Of a stretch of DNA of 64,000 nucleotides, positions 60,992 through 64,000 are shown piece after piece; within the stretch, counting starts at the first letter, position 1, and every line of letters starts with the position of its first letter. A program made the position numbers and the translations under genes. The notes beneath the pieces were generated by a model. That model was not told the DNA's origin, ran no database searches, and saw only the letters and a program-made list of their open reading frames with translations. The stretch is from assembly GCA_002702725.1 (NCBI GenBank), contig PABE01000114.1, positions 35,843-99,842 on the forward strand, given 5' to 3'. The DNA comes from Porticoccaceae bacterium (GTDB lineage Bacteria; Pseudomonadota; Gammaproteobacteria; Pseudomonadales; Porticoccaceae).

Positions 60992-61426
60992 CTACGGCGC
61001 AATACTGAGCCGCTTCCCCTTGCTGATGCTATCTGCGGCGCCGACGACACGGTCGATCATGTTTTTGATCTCGCTTGAGTCCTCCGCGCTCCAGCCGGTG
61101 TCGGTCTTGATTGTCACAAAGCAATCACCGCCGTTTCCTGCTTCTGTCAACTGGTACTCGCATTTGATTTCCAGTTCTTCGGTGATTTCTGTCGTTCCAA
61201 GGGTGTTTCCTTCTTGGACAAACTTGCACGAGAGTTCGCATACCTCTAGGTCGCGCTTCTCTGCTTCCGATGGCGAGTGCCCAACTCTCGACGGCTCGAC
61301 GTACCCAATGCCGTCCATGTAGACAGCGATGTTTCCGCCCAGTACTCGCTGCAGACTGTTGATTCCTTCCTCGGTTTCGTGGAACAGGATTTGGTGTCCA
61401 GAAACCAGTCTCCATCGGCTTTGCAT
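60992..61426 (-). CDS. hypothetical protein (144 aa)
   Basis: ORF only. Confidence 0.45.
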   Translation of the reverse strand: MQSRWRLVSGHQILFHETEEGINSLQRVLGGNIAVYMDGIGYVEPSRVGHSPSEAEKRDLEVCELSCKFVQEGNTLGTTEITEELEIKCEYQLTEAGNGGDCFVTIKTDTGWSAEDSSEIKNMIDRVVGAADSISKGKRLSIAP

Positions 61427-61436
61427 GTCGTGCCCC

Positions 61437-63035
61437 TTAGATTAAAAACCGTCCGTGTTCGTCGACCAGAAACTCGCTCCAGTCATCGCCCTCTAGTATA
61501 ATATATGCCAAACGCTGCTTTGCGCGAGTTGACATGACGTACAAAAGTCGCCGCTCTTCCTCTCGGCGCCTGCCTTTTTTGCTTCCTGGCATCTTTCTTT
61601 GGCATGGTCCAGCAACGAAGACGGTGTCCCACTCCAGGCCCTTTGCAGCATGGCCCGTCAGGACTGCAACGCCATCTTCGGCAACCTGCTTTTCTTGCAT
61701 GTCCATTAGCAGCGACTCAGGAACTGCGGAGAATTCCATGCCCTGGAATTTCATCAGGATCTTGTCCCGCACTGGCTCGTACCGCTCAAGTGTGGTTGTT
61801 CCGAAGATGCCACGAATGACATCCCACGCACTGTGGATCATCTGCTTTGTGAGAGATGGTCCAGTCTTTGTGATAGAATCCGCTATCAGCGTCCCAATTT
61901 CGCCTCCTGCTGCGTCTCGCAGGAACGAATGGTCTAAGAACCCTAGCTTTGCGATGTCGTTCGCTACAGAGCGTTTCTGAGCGTCTGTGATGGTCTTGCC
62001 TAGATACGCACACAGTGAGATGGCGTTCGTTTGATCTGCCATGAAGTTGCAGTATGCACAGAATCTTTCGATGTCGCTGTTTTCTATCGGCAGCGGCCTT
62101 GCAACTGGGATGTTTTCTGACTTCAGGTATCGAGCAATCTCATCGGCCTCTTGGTTGTACCGACAGAGGACTGCAAAATCCTCGTATCCCAAGAGTTCTT
62201 CATCGGACAATTCTTCGATTCGAGCGCGAATTGAGGCAGCGATGTCGTTAGTTTCGATAAAGCTGACCGATCCTTCGCCGCAAGATTCATCTGCTTCCAT
62301 CGGCTCGGAGAACCCGCCGCATGCAATGAGCCGGTTGGCCATCTCGATTATCTCGGACCCGCTTCTGTAGTTCCTCGATAGGTAGTATCGCTCGACCCCA
62401 GGCCTTGCGCAGAACTCTTCCCCCATTTCAGGGCTTGCGCTTCTCCACTCATAGATGCTTTGCCTGAAGTCACCGACGACCATGAGTGATGCAGTTCCAG
62501 GAAAGTCTGCCATCAGGTTTACGCACTGCCACTGGTCGGACGAGTTGTCTTGCGCCTCGTCGACAATAATGTGGCATCCTTCGGGCAGCACCAGTTCAGG
62601 TGATTTTGTAAGCAGTCTATTGCCGTACTGAATGATCTGATCAAAGCCGACGAGTTGCAGTTCCGCAGAGAACCGCTCGTCAAATTTTCTCCCGGTGACT
62701 GGTTTGCATTCCTTTTGCTCTGCTTCGTTGATTACTCCGTTGAATCCGTACGGGAACCCGATTTCACCTGCATGATCTTTGATCCACTGTAGGCAGATTG
62801 CATGGAATGTATCGCACACGACCAGTGGGTTATCAATTCGCTCTCGGATTTCCCTGGCTGCTTTGCGAGTGAATGTGAAGACGATGATGTTTTCTGGTGG
62901 GATGCTAGTATCGATAAGCCATCGCACCCTTTCTTCGAGCGTCCGTGTTTTACCAGATCCAGCGCCAGCGAAGACAGCAGAGACTCTTGCGTCTGTGTGG
63001 GCGATAGCCTGCTGTGTTTCCGAAAGTCCAGCCAC
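61437..63035 (-). CDS. UvrD/Rep-type SF1 helicase
   Basis: Motifs AGAGSGKTRTL, IIVDEAQD, RNYRSGSEII, GHAAKGLEWDTVFV and YVMSTRAKQRL. Confidence 0.85.
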   Translation of the reverse strand: MAGLSETQQAIAHTDARVSAVFAGAGSGKTRTLEERVRWLIDTSIPPENIIVFTFTRKAAREIRERIDNPLVVCDTFHAICLQWIKDHAGEIGFPYGFNGVINEAEQKECKPVTGRKFDERFSAELQLVGFDQIIQYGNRLLTKSPELVLPEGCHIIVDEAQDNSSDQWQCVNLMADFPGTASLMVVGDFRQSIYEWRSASPEMGEEFCARPGVERYYLSRNYRSGSEIIEMANRLIACGGFSEPMEADESCGEGSVSFIETNDIAASIRARIEELSDEELLGYEDFAVLCRYNQEADEIARYLKSENIPVARPLPIENSDIERFCAYCNFMADQTNAISLCAYLGKTITDAQKRSVANDIAKLGFLDHSFLRDAAGGEIGTLIADSITKTGPSLTKQMIHSAWDVIRGIFGTTTLERYEPVRDKILMKFQGMEFSAVPESLLMDMQEKQVAEDGVAVLTGHAAKGLEWDTVFVAGPCQRKMPGSKKGRRREEERRLLYVMSTRAKQRLAYIILEGDDWSEFLVDEHGRFLI

Positions 63036-63386
63036 TCAGTGATCTCCGTAAAAAATGACGTGAACCGTGATTCTTTTTGCAACTGCCCTGCGAATCATGT
63101 CGCGAGTTCCGCTCGACTTGCCGTCCCAGAATGCAATCAACTGTTCTGCGTAGTCTGCCATCTGCTGGTTGCGGATTGGTCCAGCGGCTTTACCATGAGC
63201 GCCCCAGTCAGCTGGGAATCCCTTGACTGGAATTCCATTTTCATTGGCCCATCGTTCGCCTTCTGAGTCAGCGCCGCGAGCCTTTCCGCTGACGACCTCG
63301 GTGATTGTTGGACGAAGGATGTCTAGCATGCGCCGTCCTTCGTCGGTCAGCTTGTAGTCTCTTCCGCCAGCGATGATTGTTTTCAT
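63036..63386 (-). CDS. SLOG-superfamily DUF2493-like protein
   Basis: VVSGKARGADSEGERWA ... PADWGAHGKAAGPIRNQQM ... IAFWDGKSSGTRDMI. Confidence 0.6.
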   Translation of the reverse strand: MKTIIAGGRDYKLTDEGRRMLDILRPTITEVVSGKARGADSEGERWANENGIPVKGFPADWGAHGKAAGPIRNQQMADYAEQLIAFWDGKSSGTRDMIRRAVAKRITVHVIFYGDH

Positions 63387-63401
63387 GTTGCTTCCATTGA
63401 G

Positions 63402-63473
63402 CAGGGTGCTAGGGAATCGAACCCCAATTGTCCGCTCAGAAGGCGGTTGTCTTATCCATTAGACGAGCACCCC
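63402..63473 (-). tRNA. tRNA-Arg (anticodon UCU)
   Basis: Hand fold of 72 nt: GGGGTGC-TC-GTCT-AATGGATA-AGAC-A-ACCGC-CTTCTGA-GCGGA-CAAT-TGGGG-TTCGATT-CCCTA-GCACCCT-G. There is one A-A mismatch at the top of the anticodon stem, and no CCA is encoded. Confidence 0.8.
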
Positions 63474-63502
63474 GTAGGTTATATTTTTCTCAGAATCAGT
63501 CC

Positions 63503-63886
63503 TTATACGTTAGCGGCAGTCTCAAAGGACCGACGCAACTGTGGGTCGATCCTCTCCAACAGATTCGCCAAGAAATAGACCATTTCACGGCCATCGTATT
63601 TGCCGTGCTTGTAAGCCTGATCCACAAGGTCGCTTGCCGTGTCGACAATTCGTTCGTCTTCGCTGGTTCGATCTTTTGTCTCCGCCTCGTGGATAGCCTG
63701 CCATCGCCAACAAGCCTCCTCTTCAGTGACTTCCAGCTCGTCGAACATGGCAGCCAAATTCTTCTTTTCGTGAGCGAGTAATCGGAATTCGTTTTCCACG
63801 TTTTTCAGACGCTCGTGAACGTCATCAGCGTTGCGATTTAGCTGCTGAATCGCTACCAATCGAAAATACTTTTCCCTCTCGTTCAT
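63503..63886 (-). CDS. hypothetical coiled-coil protein (127 aa)
   Basis: ORF only. Confidence 0.45.
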   Translation of the reverse strand: MNEREKYFRLVAIQQLNRNADDVHERLKNVENEFRLLAHEKKNLAAMFDELEVTEEEACWRWQAIHEAETKDRTSEDERIVDTASDLVDQAYKHGKYDGREMVYFLANLLERIDPQLRRSFETAANV

Positions 63887-63913
63887 TGGTTGCCCTTTCA
63901 GAAGTATCTTCCA

Positions 63914-64000
63914 TTAGGTGTTATCGGTAGCCACGAAGACGTGTTCAGATTCACTGAAATGCCGCCTTGCCGTTTCTTCACCCACGTCGTCGTACCATTT
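63914..64000 (-). CDS. 3' end of a minus-strand CDS that continues beyond the window
   Basis: The frame is open from the window edge (KWYDDVGEETARRHFSESEHVFVATDNT-stop). Confidence 0.3.
   Translation of the reverse strand, partial: KWYDDVGEETARRHFSESEHVFVATDNT

Overview
The window reads as one contiguous piece of a large tailed dsDNA phage or prophage genome. I saw no rRNA, CRISPR array, integrase, transposase or host housekeeping gene.

Plus-strand late arm (1-43966), almost gap-free, with many ATGA/GTGA/TAATG start-stop overlaps:
- A phosphoesterase fragment, a small HExxH protein, a double-HTH protein, and a PAPS-reductase-like + ParB-like pair.
- Large terminase, portal, HK97-type prohead protease with a Cys-rich C-terminal extension, and HK97-fold major capsid protein.
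- Connector and tail-completion genes, major tail protein, a chaperone pair with an overlapping -1 frame, and the tape measure.
- An unusual continuation: glycosyltransferase + methyltransferase; two tail-distal genes; a lysis-like cassette (four small membrane proteins, a papain-family C1 peptidase, a secreted Cys-rich protein); and a second tightly coupled structural block (26350-31778).
- A poly-serine protein followed by a Stealth-like / GT-A / capsule-synthesis-like / methyltransferase / cupin cassette, a 690-aa Q/A-rich protein, and a 1932-aa HExxH giant protein.

Minus-strand early/replication arm (44231-64000):
- wHTH protein, MazG-like, RuvC-like, SSB, dNMP-kinase-like, metallophosphoesterase and DNA methyltransferase.
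- GNAT acetyltransferase, excisionase-type HTH, and a pilin-like protein with membrane partners.
- 5'-3' exonuclease, SF2 and UvrD-type helicases, a SLOG/DUF2493-like protein, tRNA-Arg(UCU), and many small unknown genes.

Non-coding highlights:
- A duplicated promoter-box-terminator cassette lies flush against the head and lysis operons.
- An array of A-tract+TTGACT motifs with AACGNAAC-rich spacers sits at the junction of the two arms.
- Eight perfectly 10-bp-phased direct repeats lie upstream of the excisionase-like gene.
- There is a tRNA-like acceptor/T-arm minihelix.

All functional calls rest on motifs I recognise by eye and on gene order. No database search was run.
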